A DNA stretch of 63,900 nucleotides, filler included, from Chiloscyllium plagiosum (Eukaryota): NCBI RefSeq assembly GCF_004010195.1. It is 6 parts of one record of this genome, joined end to end, with 100 filler letters (N's around TTAATTAATTAA, not from the genome) between each part and the next. Parts side by side here need not be neighbours in the genome. Positions count along the whole stretch, not along the records: positions 1 to 14,258 come from NC_057710.1; 5 more parts are not named here. One strand, given 5' to 3'. Numbering within the stretch: the stretch's first letter is position 1; each line of letters begins with the position of its first letter. Positions 1 to 12,120 of the stretch are shown here, piece by piece. Position numbers and translations under genes: made by a program. The notes beneath the pieces were generated by a model, which saw nothing but the letters and a program-made list of their open reading frames with translations, was not told where the DNA came from and did no database searches.

Positions 1-3000
1 AAACAGACCCAGAGAGATGTACAGCACGGAAACAGACCCACAGAGATGTACAGCACAGAAACAGACCCATAGAGATGTACAGCACAGAAACAGTCCCACG
101 GAGATGTACAGCATGGAAACAAACTCAGAGAGACACACAGCACAGAAACATACATGAAGAGATGTACACCACAGAAACAGACCCAATGAGATGTACAGCA
201 CGAAAACAGACCCACAGAGATGTACAGCAGAGAAACAGACCCATCGAGATGTGCACCACAGAATCAGATCAACAGAGATGTACATCATGGAAACAGACCC
301 ACCGAGATGTCCAGCACAGAAACAGACCCGTAGAGATGTACAGCACGAAAAACAGACCAATAGAGATGTACAGCACGGAAACAGACCCGTAGAGATGTAC
401 AGCACGAAAAACAGACCAATAGAGATGTACAGCACAGAAACAGATTCATAGAGATGTGCAGCACGGAAACAGACCATAGAGATATACAGCACAGAAACAG
501 GCACGAAGAGATGTACTCCACAGAAACAGACCCACAGAGATGTACAGCACAGAAACAGACCTGTAGACATGTACAGCACAGAAACAGACTCACAGAGATG
601 TACAGCACGAAACAAGAGCCATAGAGATGTACATCATGGAAACAGACCCACAGAGATGTACAGGATGGAAACAGACCCACAGGGATGTACAGTATGGAAA
701 AAGATCCATAGAGATGTACAGCACAGAAACAGATCCACAGAGATGTACAGCACGAAAAACAGACCCACAGAGATGTACAGTATGGAAACAGACCCATAGA
801 GATGTACAGTATGGAAATAGTCCCACGGAGGTGTACAGCACAAAAACTGACCCACGGAGATGTACAGCACAGAAACAGACCCAGAGAGATGTACAGCACA
901 GAAACAGTCCCACGGAGGTGTACAGCACACAAACAGATCCACAGAGATGTACAGCACGAAAAACAGACCAATAGAGATGTACAGCACAGAAACAGATTCA
1001 TAGAGATGTGCAGCACGGAAACAGACCATAGAGATTTACAGCACAGAAACAGGCACGAAGAGATGTACTCCACAGAAACAGACCCACAGAGATGTACAGC
1101 ACAGAAACAGACCCACAGAGATGTACAGCACAGAAACAGATCCACAGAGATGTACAGCACAGAAACAGACCCACAGAGATGTACAGCATGGAAACAGATC
1201 CACAGAGATGTACAGCACGAAAAACAGACCCACAGAGATGTACAGCACAGAAACAGACCGATAGAGATGTACAGCATGGAAACAGACCCTCAGAGATGTA
1301 CAGCACGAAAAACACACCGACAGAGATGTACAACACAGATACAGACCCATCGAGATGTACAGCATGAAAACAGACCCATAGAGACATACAGCACTGATAC
1401 AGACCCACAGAGATGCACAGCATGGAAATAGACCCATAGAGATGTACAGCATGAAAACAGACCCATAGAGATATACAGCACAGAAACAGACCCATAGAGA
1501 TGTACATCACCGAAACAGACCCATGGAGATGTACAGCACAGAAACAGATCCACAGAGATGGACAGCACGGAAACAGACCCATAGAGATGTACAGCATGGA
1601 AGCAGACTCACGGGGATGTACAGCATGATTATTAGATTAGATTACTTTACAGTGTGGAAACAGGCCCTTCGGCCCAACAAGTCCTCACTGACCTACCGAA
1701 GCACAACCCACCCATACCCCTACAATTTAGCATGGCCAATTCACCTAACCTGCACATCTTTGGACAGTGGGAGGAAACCGGAGCACCGGAGGAAACCCAC
1801 GCAGAAAGGGGGAGAATGTGCAAACTCCACACAGTCAGTCGCCTGAGTCGGGAATTGAACCCGGGTCTCTGGCACTGTGAGGCAGCAGTGCTAACCACTG
1901 TGTCACCGTGCCGCCCACAAACAGACCTTTGGGAGATCTACAGTATGGAAACAGACCCACAGAGATCTACAGTATGGAAATAGACCCGTGCAGTTGTACA
2001 GTATGGATACAGACCCGTGTTAGCTGTACAGCACAGAAACAGACTCACAGAGATGTACAGCACGAAAACAGACCCATAGAGATGTACAGCACAGAAACAG
2101 ACCCACAGAGATGTACACCACGATAACAGACCCATAGTGATGTACAGCACAGACACAAATCAACAGAGATGTACAGCACGAAAAACAGACCCACAGAGAT
2201 GTATAGCACGGAAACAGACCCACAGAGATGTACAGCTCGGAAACAGACCCACAGAGATGTACAGCTCGGATACAGACCCACAGAGATGTACAGCTCGGAA
2301 ACAGACCCACAGAGATGTACAGCTCGGATACAGACCCACAGAGATGTACAGCTCGGAAACAGACCCACAGAGATGCACAGTATGGAAACAGACCCATGGA
2401 GATGTACAGTATGGAAACAGACCCACTGAGATGAACAGCACAGATACAGACCCACAGAGATGTACAATACGGAAACAGACCCACTGAGATGTACAGCACA
2501 GAAACAGACACACAGAGATGTACAGCACGAAAACAGACCCACAGAGGTGTATAGCACGGAAACAGACCCACAGAGATGCACAGTATGGAAACAGACCCAC
2601 AGAGATGTACAGCACGGATACAGACCCACAGAGATGTACAGCACGGATACAGACACACAGAAATGTACAGCACGGATACAGACCCACAGACATGTACAGC
2701 ACGGATGCAGACCCGTAGAGATGCACAGCACGGAAACAGACCCACAGAGATGTTTATCTGTGCGGGTCTGTTTCCGTGCTGTACATCTCTGTGGGTCTTT
2801 TTATGTGCTGTACATCTCTCTTGGTCTGTTTCCATGCTGTACATCTAACACGGGTCTGTTTCTGTGCTGTACACCCCCACGGGTCTGTATCCATACTGTA
2901 CAACTCCACGGGTCTATTCCATACTGTAAATCACTGTGTGTCTGTTTCCATGCTGTACATCTCCACGGGTCTGTTTCTGTGCTGTACATCTCTATGGGTC

Positions 3001-6000
3001 TGTTTCCGTGCTGAACACCTCCGCGGGCATGTTTCCCTGCTGTATATTCTATGGATCTGTATCTGTGCTGTACATCTCCGCGGGTCTGTTTCCGTGCTGT
3101 ATATTCTATGGATTTGTATCTGTGCTATGCATCTCTGTGATACTGTTTCCATGCTAAACGTCTCTGCGAGTCTGTTTCCATGCTGCACACCTCTGTGGGT
3201 CTGTATCCATGCTGTACATCTCAGGGGGTCTGTGTCCGTGCTGTATTTCTCTGTGGGTCTGTTTCCGTTTTGTACATCTCTGTGGATCTGTTTCTGTGCT
3301 GTACCGCTAACACGGGACTGTTTCCGTGCTGTACACCTCCACAGGTCTATATCCATACTGTACAACTCCACAGGTCTGTTTCTGTGCTGTACAACTCCAC
3401 GGGTCTGTTTCTGTGCTGTACATCTCTGTGGGTCTGTTTCCGTGCTGAACACCTCCGCGGGCATGTTTCCCTGCTGTATATTCTATGGATCTGTATCTGT
3501 GCTGTACATCTCCGCGGGTCTGTTTCCGTGCTGTATATTCTATGGATTTGTATCTGTGCTATGCATCTCTGTGATACTGTTTCCATGCTAAACGTCTCTG
3601 CGAGTCTGTTTCCATGCTGCACACCTCTGTGGGTCTGTATCCATGCTGTACATCTCAGGGGGTCTGTGTCCGTGCTGTATTTCTCTGTGGGTCTGTTTCC
3701 GTTTTGTACATCTCTGTGGATCTGTTTCTGTGCTGTACCGCTAACACGGGACTGTTTCCGTGCTGTACACCTCCACAGGTCTATATCCATACTGTACAAC
3801 TCAACAGGTCTGTTTCTGTGCTGTACAACTCCGCGGGTCTGTTTCTGTGCTGTACATCTCTGTGAGTCTGTTTCCGTGCTGTACATCTCTGTGGGTCTGT
3901 TTCCGTGCTGTACATCTCTGTGGGTCTGTTTCCGTGCTGTACATCTCTGTGGGTCTGTATCCGTACTGTACATCTAACACGGGTCTGTTTCTGTGCTGTA
4001 CGCCTCCACGGGTCTGTATCCATACCGTACAACTCCACGGGTCAATTGCATACTGTAAATCTCTGTGTGTCTGTTTCCATACTGTAGATCACTAAGGGTC
4101 TGTTTCTGTGCTGTACATCTCCGCGGGTCTGTTTCTGTGCTGTACACCTCCACGGGTCTGTATCCATACCGTACAACTCCACGGGTCTATTGCATACTGT
4201 AAATCTCTGTGTGTCTGTTTCCATACTGTAGATCACTAAGGGTCTGTTTCCGTGCTGTACCTCTCTGTGGGTCTGTTTCCGTGCTGTACATCCCTGTGGG
4301 ACTGTTTCCGTGCTGCACATCTCTATGGGTCTGTTTCCGTGCTGTACATCTCTGTTGGTCTCTATCCGTGCTGTACATCTCTCCTGGTCTGTTTCCATGC
4401 TGTACATCTAACACGGGTCTGTTTCTGTGCTGTACACCAGCACGGGTCTGTATCCATACTGTACAACTCCACGGGTCTATTCCATACTGTAAATCTCTGT
4501 GTGTCTGTTTCCATACTGTAGATCACTAAGGGTCTGTTTCCGTGCTGTACATCTCTGTGGGTCTGTTTCCGTGCTGTACATCTCTGTGGGTCTGTTTCCG
4601 TGCTGTACATCTCTGTGGGTCTGTTTCTGTGCTGTACTTCTCCACGGGTCTGTTTCTGTGCTGTACTTCTCTGTGGGTCTGTTTCGGTGCTGTACATCTC
4701 TGTGGGTCTGTTTCCGTGCTGTACATCTCTGTGGGTCTGTATCTGTGCTGTGCATAATTGTGAGTCTGTTTCTGTGCTGTATATCTCTGTGGATCTGTAT
4801 CCGTGCTGTACATCACAGAGGATCTGTTTCCGTGCTGTATACCTCTGTGGGTCTGTTTCTGTGCTGTACATCTCTGTGGGTCTGTTTCCGTGCTGTACAT
4901 CTCAACGGGTCTGTTTTCGTGCTGTACATCTCCGCGGGTCTGTTTCCGTGCTGTACATCTCCACGGGTCTGTTTTTCGTGCTGTATATCTCTGCGGGTCT
5001 GTTTCCATGGTGTACATCTCTGTGGGTCTGTATCTGTGCTGTACATCTCCGTGGGCCTCTTTCCGTACTGTACATCTCTTTGTGTCTGTTTCTGTGCTGT
5101 ACATCTCTGTGGGTCTGTTTCCCTGTTGTACATCTCTGTGTGTCTGTTTCTATGCTGTACATATCTGTGGGTCTGTATCCGTACTGTACATCTCCGCGGG
5201 TCTGTTTCTGTGCTGTACACCTCCACGGGTCTGTATCCATACTGTACAACTCCACGGGTCTATTGCATACTGTAAATCTCTGTGTGTCTGTTTCCATACT
5301 GTAGATCACTAAGGGTCTGTTTCCGTGCTGTACATCTCTATGGGTCTGTTTCCCTGTAGTACATCTCTGTGTGTCTGTTTCCGTGCTATACCTCTCTGTG
5401 GGTCTGTTCCGTGCTGTGCATCTCTGTGGGTCTCGATCTGTGCTGTAAATCCCTGCAGGTCTGTTTCCATGCGGGTCTGTTTCCATGATGTACATCTCTG
5501 CGTGTCTGTTTCTGTGCTGTACATCTAACACGGGTCTGTTTCCGTGCTGTGCATTTCTATGGGTCTGTTTCCGTGCTGTACATCTCTGTGGGTCTGTTCC
5601 CGTGCTGTACATCTCTGTGGGTCTGTTTCTGTGCTGTACATCTAACACGGGTCTGTTTCTGTCCTGTACACCTCCACGGGTCTGTATTCATACTATACGA
5701 CTCCACGGGTCTATTCCATACTGTAAATCTCTCTGTGTCTGTTTCCATGATGTACGTGTCTGTTTCCATGATGTACATGTCTGTGGGTCTATGTCCGTGC
5801 TGTACATCTCTATGGGTCTGTTTCCGGGCTGTACATGTCTGTGGGTCTGTTTCCATGCTGTACATCTCTATGGGTCTGTATCCGTGCTGTACATCTCTAT
5901 GGGTCTGTTTCCATGATGTACATCTCTGTGGATCTGTATCCATGCAGTACATCACAGTGGATCTGTTTCCACGCTGTATACCTCTGTGGGTCTGTTTCTG

Positions 6001-7170
6001 TGCTGTACATCTCTGTGGGTCTGTTTCTGTGCTGTACATCTCTGTGGGTCTATTTCGGCACGGAAACAGACCCATAGAGATGTTCTGCACGGAAACAGAT
6101 CCGCGGAGATGTACAGCACGGATACAGACCCACAGAGATGTATAGCACAGAAACAGACCCACAGAGATGTACAGCACGGATACAGACTCACAGAGATGTA
6201 GAGCACAGAAACAGACCCACAGAGATGTATAGCACAGAAACAGACCCACAGAGATGTACAGCACGGATACAGACTCACAGAGATGTAGAGCACAGAAACA
6301 GACCCACAGAGATGTACAGCACGGATACAGACTCACAGAGACGTAGAGCACAGAAACAGACCCACAGAGATGTACAGCACGGATACAGACTCACAGAGAC
6401 GTAGTGTGATGTACTGCACGGATACAGATCCACAGAGATGTACATCATGGAAACAGACCCATAGAGATGTACAGCACGGATACAGACCCATAGAGATGTA
6501 CAGCATGGAAACAGACCCACAGACATGTACAGTATGAAAACAGACCCACAGAGATGTAAAGCACGGAAACAGACCCATAGAGATGTACAGCACAGAAACA
6601 GACCCCTAGAGATGTACAGCACAGAAACAGACCCACAGAGATATACAGCACGGATACAGACCCACTGAGATGTACAGCACAGAAACAGACCCACAGAGAT
6701 ATACAGCACGGATACAGACTCACAGAGATGTACAGCACAGAAACAGACCCATAGAGATGTACAGCACGGATACAGACCCGCTGAGATGTACGGCACGGAT
6801 ATAGACCCAAAGAGATGCGCAGCTTGGAAACAGACTCGCAGAGACGTTTAGCATGGAAACAATACCACAGAGATGCAGAGCATAGATACAGATCCATAGA
6901 AATGTTCGGCACAGAAACAGACCCATAGAGATGTACAGCACGGATACAGACCCACAGGGATGTACAGTATGGAAACAGACACACAGAGGTGTACAGCACG
7001 GAAACTGACCCACAGAGGTGTACAGCACGGAAACAGACCCCCTGTGATGTACAGCACGGATACAGACCCACAGAGATGTGCAGCATGGAAACAGAGCCAC
7101 AGAGATGTGCAGCATGGAAACAGACTCACAGATACAGACCCATAGGGATGTACAACACAGAAACAGACCC
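1..7170. repeat. 29-bp tandem satellite (consensus ACAGAGATGTACAGCACGGAAACAGACCC), + orientation 1-~2753 and ~6058-7170, inverted ~2754-6057
   Basis: 29-nt period directly visible (e.g. 2221-2370). The unit is the reverse complement of the CR1 3' end GGGTCTGTTTCCATGCTGTACATCTCTAT, also seen at 23575-23600 and 34372-34400. ORFs here are repeat artefacts. Confidence 0.95.
1628..1916 (-). mobile_element. HE1-type tRNA-derived V-SINE inserted in the satellite
   Basis: Minus strand begins GGGCGGCACGGTGACACAGTGGTTAGCACTGCTGCCTCACAG..CCGGGTTCAATTCCC (A/B boxes), central GTTTGCACATTCTCCC domain, LINE-derived tail GGGCCGAAGGGCCTGTTTCCACACTGTA and (TCTAA)n. Confidence 0.9.
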
Positions 7171-7355
7171 TTCGGTCCAACTCGTCCATGCCAACTAGAT
7201 CCCATAAACTAATGTCGTCCCATTTGCCAGCATTTGGACCATATCCCACTAAACCCTTCCTATTTATATACCCATCCAGATGCCTTTTAAATGTTGTAAT
7301 TTTATCAGCCTCCACCACTTCCTCTGGCAGCTCATTCCATACACACACCACTCTT
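7141..7355 (-). mobile_element. 5'-truncated CR1 LINE 3' end, contiguous with the satellite
   Basis: Translates VCVWNELPEEVVEADKITTFKRHLDGYINRKG (CR1 ORF2 C-terminus), followed by the 3' tail. Confidence 0.9.
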
Positions 7356-7584
7356 AATATGACTGTTAGGATACTTCATTGTAATTGGTTTTTTAGCATA
7401 TGCAATGCCATCATTTTTATTGAATTTATATGATCTCCAGTCGTTGGCCCAGGAATGAAATTAACAACAGAAAAGGTGAAATTCACAATGCAGCAGTCTG
7501 TCGACATTTAGGAGCAGCATGCCTAAAGGTTAATGGTACATATCACGACATGACTGGTGATTACAAAACATACCCTACTCAATA

Positions 7585-7880
7585 CCCTACTCTATCAACA
7601 AACACATCGAGTTAGACCCTATCTACCACCCCCTGAGAAAAGGAACTGGAAGTAACTTCACCGTAGAAAATAACATCACCACAGAAATGACATCAAAAAC
7701 CCAAAGAAACCCAAACATATAAATAGAAAGCAGGAATTTTCAGCATTGCTTCGCCTGAGGTCCACTGAAGATATTACCTAGTAAGGTAATGAAACGTCTG
7801 GAAATGAACCTTTCAGCTCAGTGAGCAAACCTCCATCCAAAACCTCAACCTGAGCTACAAATCTTCTCAAAACTCGCTAA
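7585..7880 (+). mobile_element. Penelope-like element 3' end (family B)
   Basis: SINKHIELDPIYHPL-like ORF end, similar to 52870-52920; hammerhead motif at 7761-7802; end sequence shared with 49176-49505. Confidence 0.7.
7761..7802 (+). ncRNA. Minimal hammerhead ribozyme motif
   Basis: TCCA-CTGAAGA-T-ATTACC-TAGTAA-GGTAAT-GAAA-C-GTC-TGGA: core boxes, 6-bp helix II, TCCA/TGGA helix I. Confidence 0.7.
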
Positions 7881-8169
7881 TATCCTACTCAATCTATTAA
7901 CCATTTCAAAGAGATAGTCTCTCAATCATCTATATTCAGTTGGCAACAGCAGCTTAGTGCATGCAACCTGTCCTCTCATCACTCACCATTTTGCAAAGCA
8001 TGGGTCGTAAATACAGGAAGTGCTGGACCTGAATGTCAGCCTGAAGTGTTAACTTAATTTTTGTCTCTACACATGCTGCCAGACTCGCTGAGTTTTTCCA
8101 GCATCTAGAGTCTTTTGCTTTTGAGTTCTTAGTACAGGTACTTTCCACAGCCTAGAAGTTCAGGGAACC

Positions 8170-9265
8170 CTGGATGTCAAGGGACATCGAAAATTTCATT
8201 AAGGAGAAAAAGGAAGCATACGTCAGGTACATTATAAACAGGGGAGGTCCTCCAAAAGTATAGAGAGTACAGGAGATTGATTAAAAGAGGAAATTAAAAG
8301 TCAAAGAAGGATCATGAAATATTAAAGAAAACTGCAAGGCTTTTTATATGTATATTACGAGTAAGTGTTTTATAGCAAATGAGCCCTATTAGAGACCAAA
8401 GAGGCAAGCTGTGTGTGAAGCCAGTGAACATGGGTGAGGTCGCAAATGAATACTTACCATCTGTATTCACAAAGGTGAAAGACATTGTAGTCAGAGATTT
8501 CAGAACTCAGGAAAACATGGACTGGGACTGCCACAGTGTTTAGTATTTAGATGGAGAGGAGTTTGTTAAGAGTGTACAAGAAAATTTTCTGAGTCAGTAT
8601 GTGGATGTACCTACTAGAGAAGGTGCAAAACTTGACCTACTCTTGACAAATAAGGCAGGGCAGGTGACTGAGGTATCAGTGGGGAGCACTTTAGGGACAG
8701 TGACCATAATTCCATTAATTTCAAAATAGTGATGGAAAAGGATCTAACAGTTAAAGTTCTAAATTGGAGAAAGGCTAATTTTGATGGTATTAGGCAAGAA
8801 CTTTCAAAAAGCTGATTGGGGGCAGGTGTTCACAGGTAAAGGGACGGCTGGAAAATGTGAAGCCTTCAGATATGAGATAACGGGAATCCAGAGAAAGTAT
8901 ATTCCTGTTAGGGTGAAAGGAAAGGCTGGTAGGTATAGGGAATGCTGGATGACTAAAGAAATTGAGGGTTTGGTTAAGAAAAAGAAGGAAGCATATGTCA
9001 AGTATAGACAGGAGAGATCAAGAGAATTGTTAGAAGAGTATAAGGGCAGTAGGAGAATACTTAAGAGGGAAATCAGGAAGGCAAACAGAGAACATGAGAT
9101 AGCTTTGGCAAATAGAGTTAAGGAGAATCCAAAGGGTTGTTACAAATACATTAAGGACAAAGGGTAACTAGGGAGAGAATAGGGCCTCTCAAAGATCAGC
9201 AAGGCAGACTTTGTGTGGAGCCGCAGAAAATGTGGGAGATACTAAATGAGTACTTTTCATCAGTA
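8170..9265 (+). mobile_element. CR1 LINE ORF2 fragments (endonuclease-RT linker region), degenerate
   Basis: Peptides such as FLSQYVDVPTREGAKLDLLL and WMTKEIEGLVKKKKEAY...ANRVKENPK, with frameshifts. Confidence 0.85.
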
Positions 9266-10020
9266 NNNNNNNNNNNNNNNNNNNNNNNNNNNNNNNNNNN
9301 NNNNNNNNNNNNNNNNNNNNNNNNNNNNNNNNNNNNNNNNNNNNNNNNNNNNNNNNNNNNNNNNNNNNNNNNNNNNNNNNNNNNNNNNNNNNNNNNNNNN
9401 NNNNNNNNNNNNNNNNNNNNNNNNNNNNNNNNNNNNNNNNNNNNNNNNNNNNNNNNNNNNNNNNNNNNNNNNNNNNNNNNNNNNNNNNNNNNNNNNNNNN
9501 NNNNNNNNNNNNNNNNNNNNNNNNNNNNNNNNNNNNNNNNNNNNNNNNNNNNNNNNNNNNNNNNNNNNNNNNNNNNNNNNNNNNNNNNNNNNNNNNNNNN
9601 NNNNNNNNNNNNNNNNNNNNNNNNNNNNNNNNNNNNNNNNNNNNNNNNNNNNNNNNNNNNNNNNNNNNNNNNNNNNNNNNNNNNNNNNNNNNNNNNNNNN
9701 NNNNNNNNNNNNNNNNNNNNNNNNNNNNNNNNNNNNNNNNNNNNNNNNNNNNNNNNNNNNNNNNNNNNNNNNNNNNNNNNNNNNNNNNNNNNNNNNNNNN
9801 NNNNNNNNNNNNNNNNNNNNNNNNNNNNNNNNNNNNNNNNNNNNNNNNNNNNNNNNNNNNNNNNNNNNNNNNNNNNNNNNNNNNNNNNNNNNNNNNNNNN
9901 NNNNNNNNNNNNNNNNNNNNNNNNNNNNNNNNNNNNNNNNNNNNNNNNNNNNNNNNNNNNNNNNNNNNNNNNNNNNNNNNNNNNNNNNNNNNNNNNNNNN
10001 NNNNNNNNNNNNNNNNNNNN
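9266..10020. other. Assembly gap (N run) inside a CR1 copy
   Basis: N run flanked by collinear CR1 ORF2 sequence on both sides. Confidence 0.99.
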
Positions 10021-10833
10021 ATCGTGTGCAATTCTGGTCTCCTTCCTAGTGGAAAGATGTTGTGAAACTTGAAAGGGTTCAGAAAAGATTTATAAGGATG
10101 TGCCAGGGTTGGAGGATTTGAGCTATAGGGAGAGGCTGAACAGGCTGGGGCTGTGTTCCCTGGAGCGTCGGAAGCTGAGGAGTGACCTTATAGAGGTTTA
10201 TAAAATCATGAGGGGTATGGATAGGATAAATAGATAAGGTCTTTTCCTTGGGGTGGGGGAGTCTAGAACTAGAGGGCATAGGTTTAGAATGAGAGGGGAA
10301 AGATATAAAAGAGACCTAAGGAGCAACTTTTTCATGTAGATAAGATTACTTACAGTGTGGAAACAGGCCCTTCGGCCCAACCCGTCCACACCAACCCTCT
10401 GAAGAGCAACCCACCCAGACCCCTACATTTCCCCCAACACTACAGTCAATTTAGCATGGCCAATTCACCTGACCTGCACATCTTTGGCCTGTGGGAGGAA
10501 ACCAGAGGAGGAAACCCATGCAGACACGGGGAGAATGTACAAACTCCACACAGACAGTTGCCCGAGGTAGGAATTGAACCCGGGTCTCTGGCGCTATGAG
10601 GCAACAGCACTAACAACTGTGCCACCATGCCGTGGTACATGTATGGAATGAGCTGCCAGAGGAAGTGATGGAGGCTGGTACAATTGCAACATTTAAAAGG
10701 CATCTGGTTGGGTATATGAATAGGAAGTGCCTAGCAAATGAGACTAGATTAGGTTGGGATATCTGGCCAGCATGGACAAATTGGACTGAAAGGTCTGTTT
10801 CCGTGCTGCACATCTCTATGATTCTATAACTCT
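10021..10833 (+). mobile_element. CR1 LINE 3' part, interrupted by an HE1 SINE
   Basis: CVQFWSP...LERVQKRF...WNELPEEVMEAGTIATFKRHL, and tail GGTCTGTTTCCGTGCTGCACATCTCTATGATTCTA. Confidence 0.9.
10340..10631 (-). mobile_element. HE1-type SINE nested in CR1
   Basis: Same structure as 1628-1916; CR1 sequence resumes at about 10632. Confidence 0.85.
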
Positions 10834-11410
10834 AATAGGAATGGTGCAATTACTGTGATGGGGTTATACTAGAGTCCTCCAAATAACCACTGTCAGATAG
10901 AGGAACAGATGTGTAAGCAGATCATGGGTAGATGTAAAAACAATAGGGCTGTTATAATGGATGATTTTAACTTCCCCAAGTAATGACTGTGGCTTTGAAA
11001 GGGTTAGAATTTGTTAGGTGCATCCAGGATGCATCCGGGGATGTCATATATAGGAGCAAGGAAGATTTATTACAACTTTGAAAAACATTTGTGAGGCCAC
11101 AGACAGAATACTGTATACAGTTCTGGTCATTACATTATTCAAAAGAAATGATTTCATTGGAGAGAAAGCAGAGGAGATTCATCAGGTTGTTACCTCGAAT
11201 GAAACATCTGGTGCTTGGTGTTTGTTGGTCAGCACAGACCTGATGGACCGGAGGGCCTGTTTCTATGCTGTATGATGCTCTATGACTTTAGTTCCATTAT
11301 CCTCTTGTGAAGAAATTATTCCTTACCTCACCTTGAAAGACCGAGCTCTCATTTGAGAATTATGCCTCTTCGGCTTACCACACCAATGAAAATTATTTCC
11401 CTCTATCAAC

Positions 11411-12120
11411 ATTGGCGTTCATTAACAGGAGGATCGAGTTTAAAAGTCGTGAGGTTTTGCTGCAGCTCTACAACTCCCTGGTGAGACCACACATGGAATA
11501 TTGTGTCCAGTTCTGGTCACCCTATTATAGGAAAGATACAGAGGCTTTGGAGAGGGTGCAAAGAAGGTTTGCCAGGATGCTGCCTGGACTGCAGGGCTTG
11601 CCTTATGAAGAAAGGTTGAATAAGCTCGGACTTTTCTCTCTGGAGAGAAGGAGGAAGAGAGGAGACCTGATCGAGGTACACAAGATAATGAGTGGAATAG
11701 ATACAGCCAATAGCCAGAGACTTCTCCCCAGGGCAGGATTAACTGGTAGGAGGAGTCATAGTTTGAAGATATTAAGAGGAAGGTATAAGGGAGATGTCAC
11801 AGGTAGGCTCTTTACGCAGAGAATTGTGAATGCCTGGAATGCGTTGTCAGCTGTGGTGGTGGAAGCAGAGTCATTAGTGACATTTAAGCGACTGCTGGAC
11901 ATGCACAGGGCTTTTGCACGAAACGTCGATTTCAAAGCTCCTTGGATGCTGCCTGAACTGCTGTGCTCTTCCAGCACCACTAATCCAGAATGCACATGGA
12001 CAGCAGTGAGTTAAGAGGTGTATAGGTTAATTTATTATATTTTACATTAGGATTAAACCTCGTCACAACATCATGGCCCAAAGGGTCTGTTCTGTGCTGT
12101 ACTTTTCTTTGTTCTTTTCT
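11411..12120 (+). mobile_element. CR1 LINE 3' fragment with a small Penelope-like insert (11908-11989)
   Basis: ORF AFINRRIEFKSREVLLQLYNSLVRPHMEYCVQFWSP...; insert flanked by ATGCACA at 11901-11907 and 11990-11996. Confidence 0.85.

Noticed and set aside
1..7170. CRISPR-like array, or Cys-rich repeat proteins from the many overlapping ORFs
   Set aside because: Units are head-to-tail with no unique spacers, there are no cas genes and the context is vertebrate. ORFs appear in all frames because the 29-mer rarely contains stops.
9189..10072. Long ORFs spanning N runs (also 49743-50819)
   Set aside because: They are artefacts of translating N.
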